Assembly: GCA_963662405.2 (NCBI GenBank)
Contig: CAXXKT010000001.1
Location: 960,001-1,024,000 of the forward strand
Direction of reading: 5' to 3'
DNA: 64,000 nucleotides
Source of the DNA: Syntrophales bacterium
GTDB lineage: Bacteria > Desulfobacterota > Syntrophia > Syntrophales > UBA2210
Part shown: positions 9,958 through 18,909 of the stretch, in pieces
Numbering within the stretch: position 1 is the stretch's first letter
How the letters are laid out: each line of letters opens with the position of its first letter
Notes under the pieces: model-generated
What the model saw: only the letters and a program-made list of their open reading frames with translations
Told to the model about the DNA's origin: nothing
Database searches by the model: none
Translations under genes and position numbers: made by a program

Positions 9958-10587
9958 ATGTTTGGATATACCGTCAAAGAATTGAAGCACCATGCCCCCT
10001 TTACGCTGTTCGGTGCCCTGACCGGTGTTGGCATGATGATACTCTTCCAACACATCCCTACCCGCATTGCCTTCAACATTTTTTATATCCTTCACCCGGT
10101 ACACGTCGTCCTGAGCGCACTTGTTACCACATCCATATATCGGATGTATAAATCAGGGAAGGGGCGGTTCTCCCTGGTATCGCTCTTGGTGATCGGTTTC
10201 GTCGGCTCTGTCGGAATCGCCACGGTCAGTGACTCCCTGATCCCTTACCTCGGGGAAGTAATGCTCGACATGCCGAATCGGGGGATCCATATCGGCTTTA
10301 TCGAAAAATGGTGGTTGATCAATCCGTTAGCCTTCCTGGGAATCGCTATCGCCTATTTCCGGCCGTCTACCACGTTCCCCCATGCGGGGCATGTCCTGCT
10401 GAGCACGTGGGCGTCCCTGTTTCACATCCTCATGGCCACCGGGGGGGGGGTAAGCTGGGTGTCGTACGTCGTCGTCTTCCTCTTTCTGTTTATCGCCGTC
10501 GTCATCCCCTGTTGTGTCAGCGATATCATATTCCCGCTCATGTTCGTCGGAGCACCGAAAGAATCAAACGGCACGGAATCTTCGTAA
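9958..10587 (+). CDS. Uncharacterised polytopic membrane protein with His/Cys motifs
   Basis: About six hydrophobic segments; motifs KHHAPF, LHPVHV, PHAGHV and PCCVSD. GGAG RBS before ATG 9958 (alternative start 9946). Confidence 0.75.
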   Translation: MFGYTVKELKHHAPFTLFGALTGVGMMILFQHIPTRIAFNIFYILHPVHVVLSALVTTSIYRMYKSGKGRFSLVSLLVIGFVGSVGIATVSDSLIPYLGEVMLDMPNRGIHIGFIEKWWLINPLAFLGIAIAYFRPSTTFPHAGHVLLSTWASLFHILMATGGGVSWVSYVVVFLFLFIAVVIPCCVSDIIFPLMFVGAPKESNGTESS

Positions 10588-10599
10588 CACAGGAATCAC

Positions 10600-11361
10600 A
10601 TGGAGACCGAAGCGCTTACTACAGCAAAGATCCTTTCCGAACAGATCGCTCACGAGTGCGGTATTCCCTGTTTTTACACCGAGCAAAAAGCTCATATCGA
10701 CACATCGTCCCGCCTCTTCGCAGAAAACCCGCTGGTCTCATCCTGTATGCAGATCCTGACGGAACAGGCGGACATCTCTGGTCACGGCCTTTCTCACTCC
10801 CGCAAGGTTGCCCGGGATGCAGGTGCTATTGTGCTGATCGAACGGGGCTCGTCGGAGGAGGTGACGCGCTTGGTCACGCTTGCCCATATCGCCGGCATTC
10901 TCCATGACATCAAGCGATCGAGCAAAGACCACGCACGGCTCGGGGCCGAGAAGGCAAAAAAGATACTGAGAACTTTTGATCTCAGTCACGGAGAACGGGA
11001 GGCGGTGGTCGGTGCGATACGAAACCATGAGGCCTTTCAGCCCTGCGCGCCCCTTGCCGACACGGATGCACAGTTCCTCTCAGATGTCCTGTACGATGCC
11101 GACAAGTTTCGATGGGGACCCGACAATTTCACTGAGATGCTCTGGGATATCGCAACGGCCCGGCATGTCTCCGTTGAAGACCTCATCCCCTATTTCCCGT
11201 CCGGTCTGGATTCCCTGAGAGAGATCAGAGATACCTTCCGCACACCGACGGGGAAACGCTATGGTCCCGATTTTATCGATCGGGGGCTACGGATCGGGGA
11301 ACGATTGCATGCGGCGCTCCGCGAAGCATTCCCTCAAGAGCCCGACTCTTCGGAGGATTGA
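10600..11361 (+). CDS. HD-domain metal-dependent phosphohydrolase
   Basis: HGLSHSRKV, GILHDIKR, IRNHE and LYDADK motifs. Confidence 0.88.
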   Translation: METEALTTAKILSEQIAHECGIPCFYTEQKAHIDTSSRLFAENPLVSSCMQILTEQADISGHGLSHSRKVARDAGAIVLIERGSSEEVTRLVTLAHIAGILHDIKRSSKDHARLGAEKAKKILRTFDLSHGEREAVVGAIRNHEAFQPCAPLADTDAQFLSDVLYDADKFRWGPDNFTEMLWDIATARHVSVEDLIPYFPSGLDSLREIRDTFRTPTGKRYGPDFIDRGLRIGERLHAALREAFPQEPDSSED

Positions 11362-11386
11362 TACCATTCGTGTACGCCGCTGATCC

Positions 11387-13198
11387 CTAGAAATAATAGA
11401 GCATGGCGAGATAATCGCCCACATTCTCCCCGTCTCCCTGCAGTCGCTTGAAATAATCGTACAGGGATACATCCGTGTAGAGGTAATCCTTGGCCGTCGC
11501 ATGTTTCGTGTCCCAGGAATAGAACTCGTATATCCTGCGCCCGTCGGGGAGAATCATGATCACTTCATGGTCCTGACCCGCCCGGAGGTGAGACTTTCCC
11601 AACCGCGGCACATTAAAGACCGGCTCGTCCGTCCTGACAAGACCGGGAAGGAGCCGTGCCTCTTCCTTCCGTTCCTGCAGGATCCGCGCAATGGGGACCC
11701 TGAAATCGACGGTCTCATCCTTCCCCTGGCAGTTAAAGGTGTAGTAGGGATCGATCCCGGAGACCTTGAGGGTCTTCCGGAGAAAGGCCGTCTCGAATTT
11801 TTTGCTGTTGTAGTAGGTAAAGACCTGCTGGTTATAGATATTGATCCCCAGCCTTTTGATCTTCTTCACGGCCTCCAGGACCTCATCACACAGCTCGGTC
11901 GGATGTTCGCAATGGGTCACCAGTGCAACCTCCCGTTTCCCCCACTGATGGTATTTCTCAAGGATTGCAAGGAAACCCTCGTCGATTCTCTGGGGAAGAG
12001 TGACCAGCGTCCTGGTCCCGATCCGTATCCGATCCACGTGATCAATCGCCGCGATCTCCCCGACAAGCCAGTCGAGATATGAATTGCTCAGGGTCAATGG
12101 ATCCCCGCCGGTTATCAGGATCTCCGACAGATTCTTATCCTCCCGCGCCCACTGGATCATCTCCACCACCTTCTCTCGGGGCATCATGGGATTGTCATCC
12201 ATCTCCTTGATCTCCCAGTTCCTCTGGCAGTAGACACAGATCTGCGGACACGAATTGAAGGGCTTCATGATGATAATCTGAGGATATCGGCGTGTCACCC
12301 CGTCGATCGGGCTCGTCCAACGCTCCCCCATGAAATCTTCCCCTGCGACTACCTGGTGGGCAAGAAGGTTGGTACAATAGCGGGGGCCCTGGATGACCTG
12401 CGCGCGGACGGCTTGATCATGAAACGACCGGCCTTTTTCGTTGAAAAGGGAGAGGTAATGCGGCGTTATTTCAAAGGGGAGGTGATGTTCCTTGGCCATT
12501 CTCAGGCCTTCCGTCTCGTCTTCATTCAAGGCGACCAGCGCGGAAAGCGTCTCAGGGTCTCTGATGATATGCTTGAGGTGCCATTTATAATTGTTCCAGT
12601 CGTCCTTCGTACCTCCAAAATAGCGGAGAATTTTCTTTTTCAGACCATTCCTCCGGCGCATCAATTGCGGGTCGAGCCCTGTCTTATACCGTTTGAACGC
12701 CCTCCGCATCGCCACCGCATATGCATCCAGCTGCTCGGATCTTTCGATGGAAGCGGGGCGGGCCTCTTGCGGCTCCGGGAGTTCATGATAATGGGAATGT
12801 TTGCCGTACTTGCCCCTGAGCCCCTTGAGAAGGGCCAGATATTCGACCAGAAACCCTTCACTCACCCTGGACAGTGCCCCCTCTTCTCCCCGCGCAATAT
12901 CATACAAATGGTGCAACGGTGACGCCTGGGTCAGGTGTTCATTTTCCGTTCTCATGGTATTCGAGAGGACCCGGATACACTCCCGGGCCGTCCTCTTCTC
13001 CACGGGGGAAAGATCCGCAAAGGGCGTTGCTGATTTCATATTGTACAGATCTCGTCTGAAACGATCGAGATAATCGAACAGGATGTACCGCGCCTCTTCC
13101 ACATGCTTCGCATCACGTAAGATTTTCCTGAGCCGAGGTTCCGCTTTCCATATTCGTTGGATGAGTTCTTCCTTGGATAAATCGATCAGATGTTTCAT
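11387..13198 (-). CDS. KamA-family radical SAM protein (lysine 2,3-aminomutase-like) with a long N-terminal extension
   Basis: RRYP..CPQICVYCQR (CxxxCxxC), ITGGDPL, RIRIGTR and THCEHP. VPRLGK aligns with the PLP-lysine motif PGGGGK. GGAGG RBS before ATG 13198. Confidence 0.9.
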   Translation of the reverse strand: MKHLIDLSKEELIQRIWKAEPRLRKILRDAKHVEEARYILFDYLDRFRRDLYNMKSATPFADLSPVEKRTARECIRVLSNTMRTENEHLTQASPLHHLYDIARGEEGALSRVSEGFLVEYLALLKGLRGKYGKHSHYHELPEPQEARPASIERSEQLDAYAVAMRRAFKRYKTGLDPQLMRRRNGLKKKILRYFGGTKDDWNNYKWHLKHIIRDPETLSALVALNEDETEGLRMAKEHHLPFEITPHYLSLFNEKGRSFHDQAVRAQVIQGPRYCTNLLAHQVVAGEDFMGERWTSPIDGVTRRYPQIIIMKPFNSCPQICVYCQRNWEIKEMDDNPMMPREKVVEMIQWAREDKNLSEILITGGDPLTLSNSYLDWLVGEIAAIDHVDRIRIGTRTLVTLPQRIDEGFLAILEKYHQWGKREVALVTHCEHPTELCDEVLEAVKKIKRLGINIYNQQVFTYYNSKKFETAFLRKTLKVSGIDPYYTFNCQGKDETVDFRVPIARILQERKEEARLLPGLVRTDEPVFNVPRLGKSHLRAGQDHEVIMILPDGRRIYEFYSWDTKHATAKDYLYTDVSLYDYFKRLQGDGENVGDYLAMLYYF

Positions 13199-13227
13199 AC
13201 CTCCCTGCCTTTCTTCTCCACACGCCC

Positions 13228-14232
13228 CTACCAAACCGTTACGATCGGCAGGTCACGCATGGTGACCAGCCCGGGTGGCGCTTCGTACACACGACGCACG
13301 GCATTGACCGTGATCGCCACCGTGGCAATGTCTCCGTTGGTTCCCTGTAACCTAATCTCCAGATCCGGCCTCCCGGTAATCCTGATAGTGTCCCCATCCC
13401 CCGCCTCATCAAGGGCCGCTATGAATGTGAGGGTCATAAATTCACCCGCATCCGTATACCCGCGGGCCACCTGTTTCAGCCCCCGGACCTGTCCGGGTTT
13501 GACCGTACAATATTCGGTTGTGACCGCGTGGTCTGCCACGACGGGTTCAACTTCGGATTCGTATCGCGCAAGCGCCTTCCCCAAGGTATGGAAGACCATA
13601 CCCATCGATTCGGGAAGCCCGACATGCCCCATGCGTCCCTTCTTCATCTGCATGGAAAAGGCCTCCACCGTCATCCCGGCACCAATTTTTGCCTGGAACG
13701 GCCCGCGCCTTGCGGATGCATTCATGCGACGCGTTACGTCAATACGGTCCACCCGCTGGGAAATAGCGGTCAGGTGAAGGGGAAGCGTATCCATCAGGAA
13801 CCCCGGATTGACACCCGTCCCCAACACCGTCTTCCCGGCCTGCCGGGCGACGGCATCTATCCTGGCAGCGGCCTCCGGGTGGGCCAGCCAGGGGAACGAA
13901 AGCTCCTCGGATGTCGAGACGACATCCAATCCTTCCCCGAGAACCTCAAAGATCTGTGTCTCAAACAGATCAAAGAAGGAACCCGTGGTGTGTAATACCA
14001 CATCCGCCGGTCTTTTTTCCAGTGCCCGGGCAAGATTTTGGGTTACCGGAATGCCCAGCGGGAAGCCGATCCCTACCACATCACCGATATCTCTCCCTAA
14101 CTTGGCCGGATCGATATCCACTCCCCCCACCAGTTCTACGCCCTTGCGCTCCACGACGTGGCGCGCCATAGCACTCCCAATCGGCCCCAGGCCGTACTGT
14201 ACTACCCGAATGACGGTATCAGGCATGCTCAT
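13228..14232 (-). CDS. NAD(P)-dependent amine/amino-acid dehydrogenase (2,4-diaminopentanoate dehydrogenase/DapB-like family)
   Basis: Rossmann motif VVQYGLGPIG, VVSTSEELSFPW, LGTGVNPGFLMD, GHVGLPES, and GDIATVAITVNA..PGLVTMRDLP. Confidence 0.85.
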   Translation of the reverse strand: MSMPDTVIRVVQYGLGPIGSAMARHVVERKGVELVGGVDIDPAKLGRDIGDVVGIGFPLGIPVTQNLARALEKRPADVVLHTTGSFFDLFETQIFEVLGEGLDVVSTSEELSFPWLAHPEAAARIDAVARQAGKTVLGTGVNPGFLMDTLPLHLTAISQRVDRIDVTRRMNASARRGPFQAKIGAGMTVEAFSMQMKKGRMGHVGLPESMGMVFHTLGKALARYESEVEPVVADHAVTTEYCTVKPGQVRGLKQVARGYTDAGEFMTLTFIAALDEAGDGDTIRITGRPDLEIRLQGTNGDIATVAITVNAVRRVYEAPPGLVTMRDLPIVTVW

Positions 14233-16955
14233 GTTCCTCCATTCTTTTGTATTGCAGCCTTTCTCCTTCCCTGCATGATTATCACTAAAATCAATATGAT
14301 CATCCCGATCACATCGGTATAGCCTTCCGGTGTAAAGAGGCAGAAAGCAGCGATCCCTGACAGTACCCGTTCCACGAGCGTGGATCGCATCCTCAGATAG
14401 CCGATGACCGTAGCCCCGAGGGCCACGACCCCCAAGACCAGTGTGATAAAAACCCGGGCAAATCGAAGGTAATCAAACGAGGCGGCGGGGTCCAGGAGGG
14501 CCGGAAGCCACAAGACGATGGGGGAATAGACAAAGACGAAGGGAACATAGACCTTCGCCATCGAAAGGCTGAAGGCGGTAAATCCCGTCCTGAAGGGGTC
14601 CCCACCCGAAATCCCGGAAGCCGCGTAAGCGGCAAGGGCAACGGGCGGTGTCACATCGGCAAGGACGGCATAAAAGAGGACGAACATGTGCGACACGAGA
14701 GGAGGAATTCCCCACTGCAACAGCGCCGGAGCCGCGATCATCGATGCGATGATATACTGTGCCGTGGTGGGGATCCCCATTCCCAGGATAAAGCAGGATA
14801 TGGCAGTAAAGATGAGGGTAAAAAAGAGGGTGGTCCCCTCGAGGGAAAGCCAATGCATCACATCAACCATACTGATGAAACCCGCCACACCGTGGGCGAG
14901 CTCGATAACGGCGGCGGCAAACTTGAGTCCGAGTCCGGTCAGCGTGGTGGCCCCGACGATAAACCCGACGCAGGCACACGCCGCCCCGATGGCGAGTGCA
15001 TTTTTCGTCCCCGCCTCCAGTGTATCCAGGATATCGGGAACCCGCATGCGGCTCTCCTTGTAGCAGACGCCGACACCGATTACGGCCATCTGTCCCCAGA
15101 AGGCGCACAGCGACGGTTCTATCCTGCACCAGAGCAGGACCGACAGGAGGGCGGTTGTCGCGATCCCCAGCAGCCATGAGATACGATCGGTCTTGCGAGA
15201 AACATATATAAACCCCACTATCCCGATCCCGCCCCATATGATCAGTGAGGAGAGGGAATGGTGCAGTGGATTCAATCGCGCCAAGACACAGGGAACCGAC
15301 AGGAAGATCGTTATCAGGAGCGGCATGGTTCTCATGTGTATCTGGCCGATCGCCACGGAAAATATGATCCCCCAGAAGGCCGCCAGGAAGGGGCTGCTCC
15401 CCGCGATGAGGAGATACACAATGACCGCGAGCGGGGCAATGAGCAGACCCCGTTCCCTGAGGATGACGCCGACCCGGGGGAGCGATTCGCGGGGAAGACC
15501 CTTGAGTCCCTGTTTCAGAGCCTCGAAGTGGACCATGGTCCCCACGGCAAAAAAATGCAGGAAGGACGGGACGATGGCGGCGGCGGCGATCTTGACATAG
15601 GGGATCCCCAGGAACTCGGCCATGATAAAGGCGGCCGCCCCCATAATCGGCGGCATCAACTGTCCCCCCGTTGAAGACGCCGCCTCGACCGCCCCCGCAA
15701 ACCGCGGTGAATACCCCACCTTTTTCATGAGAGGGATGGTAAAGGCCCCCGTCGTGACGGTGTTGGCGATGGAGCTGCCGTTGATCGAACCGAGGAAACC
15801 ACTCGAAATGACCGAAACCTTGGCCGGACCGCCGACGGTCCCACCCGCCAGGGCCATGGCGAGGTCGATAAAGAGCTGTCCCAGGCCGGTCTTTGAGATA
15901 AAGATCCCGAAAATGACGAAGTGGAAGACAAAGGTGGCGACGACCCCGAGGGGGATACCGAAGATCCCCTCCGTTCCGAGGTACATGTGCTCGATAATCC
16001 GCTCGACGGAATATCCCCGGTGCGCGAAAAAGCTGAGGCCCGGGATATCGAGAAAATAGGGGCCCAGATAACAGTTGATCAGGACGAGCAGGGCGATGAT
16101 GGGGAGGGGTGGTCCGATACTGCGTCTCGCCCCTTCGAGGATCAGCAGGATGGCGAAGGCACCCACGACGACATCCATCTCGAGGGGGAGCCCGGCTCGG
16201 ATCACCAGGCTGTTGAATTCGAGGAAGATATACACGGAGACAAAGGTTGCGAGAACCGCAAAAAACAGATCGAAGTAAGGGATATGATCCGGCGTGTAGC
16301 CGAAGGTCCCTCCCCTGATCATGGTGTATACCGCCCGCACCCACTGGACGGTAAAGAGAATGATCAGGCTGAAAAAAACGCCGAAGAGAAACAGGCTCCA
16401 GAAGAGGAGGGACCATCCCGCATTATCGAAGGCCTCCTCCAGATGGAGGTGTTTCAGGACAATACCGCCACCGAAAAGGAGAACCCCGATCATCAGGGTA
16501 AAGAGGAAGAAATCACCATAGACAAAGATCCGTCCCGACAAAAATTCACGGCGCTTGCAATAGATGATCACCAGAAATGACATCACACAGAGGGCACCGG
16601 CGGCTAATACGGACAGATGCATGATCTCGCGGAACATGACACCGACGAGAGCGGCACCGATGATTCCGTATATACCATCGTACACCCAGTGCTTTCCGTC
16701 ATCTGTTCGGTCTTTCCGTATCGCATACAACAGATAGACCAGCGGCAGGACAAAGGCCAGGTGAAACGCCCGGTGTCTCCATTCCTGAAATACCCCGAAC
16801 CCGGCCGTGTAGATATGGAATATCGACAGGACCAGCGTCATAAAGAACGCGAGCTTCAGTGTCATGCCGGAAAGCCGGCGGAATCGCAACTCCGGATCGT
16901 ATTTAGCAAGAATCTCATGGTGTCCAGCGACGGCTGCGGTTCCCTGCAATTCCAT
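14229..16955 (-). CDS. TRAP transporter fused permease (4TM/12TM, TAXI type)
   Basis: Highly hydrophobic; GGPAK, GSSIANTVTTG, EAASSTGGQLMPPIMGAAAF, LGMGIPTTA and ADVTPPVALAA motifs. Confidence 0.93.
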   Translation of the reverse strand: MELQGTAAVAGHHEILAKYDPELRFRRLSGMTLKLAFFMTLVLSIFHIYTAGFGVFQEWRHRAFHLAFVLPLVYLLYAIRKDRTDDGKHWVYDGIYGIIGAALVGVMFREIMHLSVLAAGALCVMSFLVIIYCKRREFLSGRIFVYGDFFLFTLMIGVLLFGGGIVLKHLHLEEAFDNAGWSLLFWSLFLFGVFFSLIILFTVQWVRAVYTMIRGGTFGYTPDHIPYFDLFFAVLATFVSVYIFLEFNSLVIRAGLPLEMDVVVGAFAILLILEGARRSIGPPLPIIALLVLINCYLGPYFLDIPGLSFFAHRGYSVERIIEHMYLGTEGIFGIPLGVVATFVFHFVIFGIFISKTGLGQLFIDLAMALAGGTVGGPAKVSVISSGFLGSINGSSIANTVTTGAFTIPLMKKVGYSPRFAGAVEAASSTGGQLMPPIMGAAAFIMAEFLGIPYVKIAAAAIVPSFLHFFAVGTMVHFEALKQGLKGLPRESLPRVGVILRERGLLIAPLAVIVYLLIAGSSPFLAAFWGIIFSVAIGQIHMRTMPLLITIFLSVPCVLARLNPLHHSLSSLIIWGGIGIVGFIYVSRKTDRISWLLGIATTALLSVLLWCRIEPSLCAFWGQMAVIGVGVCYKESRMRVPDILDTLEAGTKNALAIGAACACVGFIVGATTLTGLGLKFAAAVIELAHGVAGFISMVDVMHWLSLEGTTLFFTLIFTAISCFILGMGIPTTAQYIIASMIAAPALLQWGIPPLVSHMFVLFYAVLADVTPPVALAAYAASGISGGDPFRTGFTAFSLSMAKVYVPFVFVYSPIVLWLPALLDPAASFDYLRFARVFITLVLGVVALGATVIGYLRMRSTLVERVLSGIAAFCLFTPEGYTDVIGMIILILVIIMQGRRKAAIQKNGGT

Positions 16956-16969
16956 GATCCCTCCCTTGT

Positions 16970-17479
16970 TCACGAAAGGTTTGCCTTCATGCAGACAAAC
17001 GCGAAAATTGAAACCTCTTCAACCGTCACCCTCAGGAGCGTGTTTCCCGCAAGATCGGGGAGCTTGATAAGCGGCTCCCCCTCCAACGCCAGAGTATTCT
17101 CATACTGCGCATTGACCCAGAGATCGAGAATCGGCACGACCCGGGCCATATTGAAGATGCGGAAATGATCACCGTCACGGGAAAACCGTTCATCGCCGGA
17201 GAGGGTTGTCGGCAGACCGGTGTTACAGGAAGAGAAGTGCGTCTCGTACAGTACGATCCGGAAATCCGTGTCGATCCTGAAATACTCCCGGACCGGAGAC
17301 CGTTCAACCGAATGCACATAGGCGGTCGAAAAGGTGCTATTCGGCTTTATTGTGCGTACAAAGACCGTTTGGCGTTCTCTTACTGCCTCAATCCGCAACA
17401 CATGGACATGAAAAGAAAAAAATGAAACGAGAAGCAGGGCGGCGAGAGACGAGACAATGATAACTCTCTTCGTATCCAT
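16970..17479 (-). CDS. DUF1850-like TAXI-TRAP-associated protein
   Basis: Signal/anchor followed by YVHSVERSPVREYF..GLP. Its position between the TAXI binding protein and the permease is typical. Confidence 0.75.
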   Translation of the reverse strand: MDTKRVIIVSSLAALLLVSFFSFHVHVLRIEAVRERQTVFVRTIKPNSTFSTAYVHSVERSPVREYFRIDTDFRIVLYETHFSSCNTGLPTTLSGDERFSRDGDHFRIFNMARVVPILDLWVNAQYENTLALEGEPLIKLPDLAGNTLLRVTVEEVSIFAFVCMKANLS

Positions 17480-17493
17480 GCTGAGACCGGGAG

Positions 17494-17519
17494 ACCGGGC
17501 ACCGCATCCGGTGCCCGGT
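17494..17519 (-). terminator. Intercistronic hairpin after the solute-binding protein gene (mRNA stabiliser or partial terminator)
   Basis: 11-bp stem ACCGGGCACCG/CGGTGCCCGGT with a 4-nt loop. Confidence 0.55.
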
Positions 17520-17545
17520 TATCTCTTGACAGTGCGTAATCGGCG

Positions 17546-18565
17546 TTATCGAAGAATCCCCTTCTCCCGGTAGAATTTTTCCGCTCCGGGATGCAGGGGA
17601 ATAGCCACACCATCGAGGGCTGTTGTGAGGGTGACATCCTTCCCCTTGGCATGGGCCTGGGCCATAATTTCCGCCCCGCTCGGGGCCTCTGCCGCTTTCT
17701 CACCCGCCTTTCGCAGGACGAAGGTCCCCTTATCCCACAGGGCCTTGGTTAGTAGATACACCGTCTTTTCAGGGACATCCGCATCAACGACCCATTGCGC
17801 CATGGTGGTAATGGCAGGAATATCAACATCGACACCCCGGTAGGTACCGGCAGGGATCGCAACCTTCGCATAGAAGGGATATTGCTTGATGATCTTTGCT
17901 ATGGTTTCGTCGTCCAGCGGGACCAGGGTGATATCGGAGGTCGTGGCCAGTTCCGTGATGGCCGCTGTCGGCCACCCCGCCGTGATGAACGCCACATCCG
18001 CCTGCCGATCCTTCAACCGCTGCGCGGCACCGGCAAAACTGAGCCAGTCGACATTGGCAAAATCATCATAGGTGAGTCCGAGACCCCACAGGACCGCCTT
18101 GCAATCGACCTCGGTCCCGCTTCCTCGATCACCGGGAACCAGTTTTTTCCCCGTGAGATCCGTGACCGTTTTGATACCGGCCCCTTCCCGGGCAACGATC
18201 TGGATCGTCTCGGGGTAGAGGGAGGCGATGGCCCTCAGGTTTTTGACGGGTTTTCCTTCGAATTGCGCGATCCCGTTGTACGCCGCGTAGGCGACATTGT
18301 TCTGCACGAACCCCGATTCTATCTGATGGTTTTTTATGAGATTGCAGTTCGCAACGGAGGCGTTGCCCGATTGGGCCGTAATAATAATGTTCGGAATTTT
18401 GTTGGACAGGGCCTGTGCCAGCACACCTCCCAGCGGATAGTACGTACCACCCGTACCACCCGTGGCGATGGCAAAGAAACTTTTTTGCTCCGCACCTGCC
18501 AGCCCGGCAACGACCATCGACAGCGCGATGATCAGGACAACGAACGGTACAAAAATGCGCTTCAT
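17546..18565 (-). CDS. TAXI-family TRAP solute-binding protein
   Basis: Signal peptide; IATGGTGGTYYPLG, SVAN, LYPETIQIV, GSGTE and IPLHPGAEKFYRE. Strong AGGAGG RBS. Confidence 0.93.
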   Translation of the reverse strand: MKRIFVPFVVLIIALSMVVAGLAGAEQKSFFAIATGGTGGTYYPLGGVLAQALSNKIPNIIITAQSGNASVANCNLIKNHQIESGFVQNNVAYAAYNGIAQFEGKPVKNLRAIASLYPETIQIVAREGAGIKTVTDLTGKKLVPGDRGSGTEVDCKAVLWGLGLTYDDFANVDWLSFAGAAQRLKDRQADVAFITAGWPTAAITELATTSDITLVPLDDETIAKIIKQYPFYAKVAIPAGTYRGVDVDIPAITTMAQWVVDADVPEKTVYLLTKALWDKGTFVLRKAGEKAAEAPSGAEIMAQAHAKGKDVTLTTALDGVAIPLHPGAEKFYREKGILR

Positions 18566-18835
18566 AATAGTACCCTCCTTTTAGATGTTATCCAACTTTC
18601 AAAATCTTTTTAGGAAATATTTCGAAACGTGACCTGTCCCCCGAAAACTGAGCCATTTTCAATTCGAGTCCTTCCCGATAATGACTAATCTGGGAAAAGA
18701 GATGATCTGCACCGAAGTAAAGAATCGGAATCGCTCAATAAACAGAGGGCGGCATCTCGAACAAGGATTATCAATTTGCGCTGCAGGAGAGAAGACTCAA
18801 TTCGCATCTTGTACATATTTCGGGGTGGCTCCACA

Positions 18836-18864
18836 ACGTAAACCATCTCAATGATGGTTGTCAA
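18836..18864 (-). promoter_or_regulatory. Sigma70-like promoter of the TAXI-Ord-KamA operon with a palindrome in the spacer
   Basis: Minus-strand TTGACA (18864-18859) followed by a TACGTT-like -10. Inverted repeat AACCATC-N5-GATGGTT at 18841-18859. Confidence 0.5.
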
Positions 18865-18909
18865 TCTTTTTCAGAAAGCGCGTGCCGCAACATCCACCGT
18901 ACCACGATT

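Noticed and set aside
11387..11389. Pyrrolysine readthrough at TAG stops (KamA-like, Ord-like, MenK-like genes)
   Set aside because: The proteins look complete at these stops and there are no pyl genes in the window.
18566..18835. Lysine or other amino-acid riboswitch in the TAXI-KamA leader
   Set aside because: I could not identify L-box, glycine or T-box consensus elements by eye.
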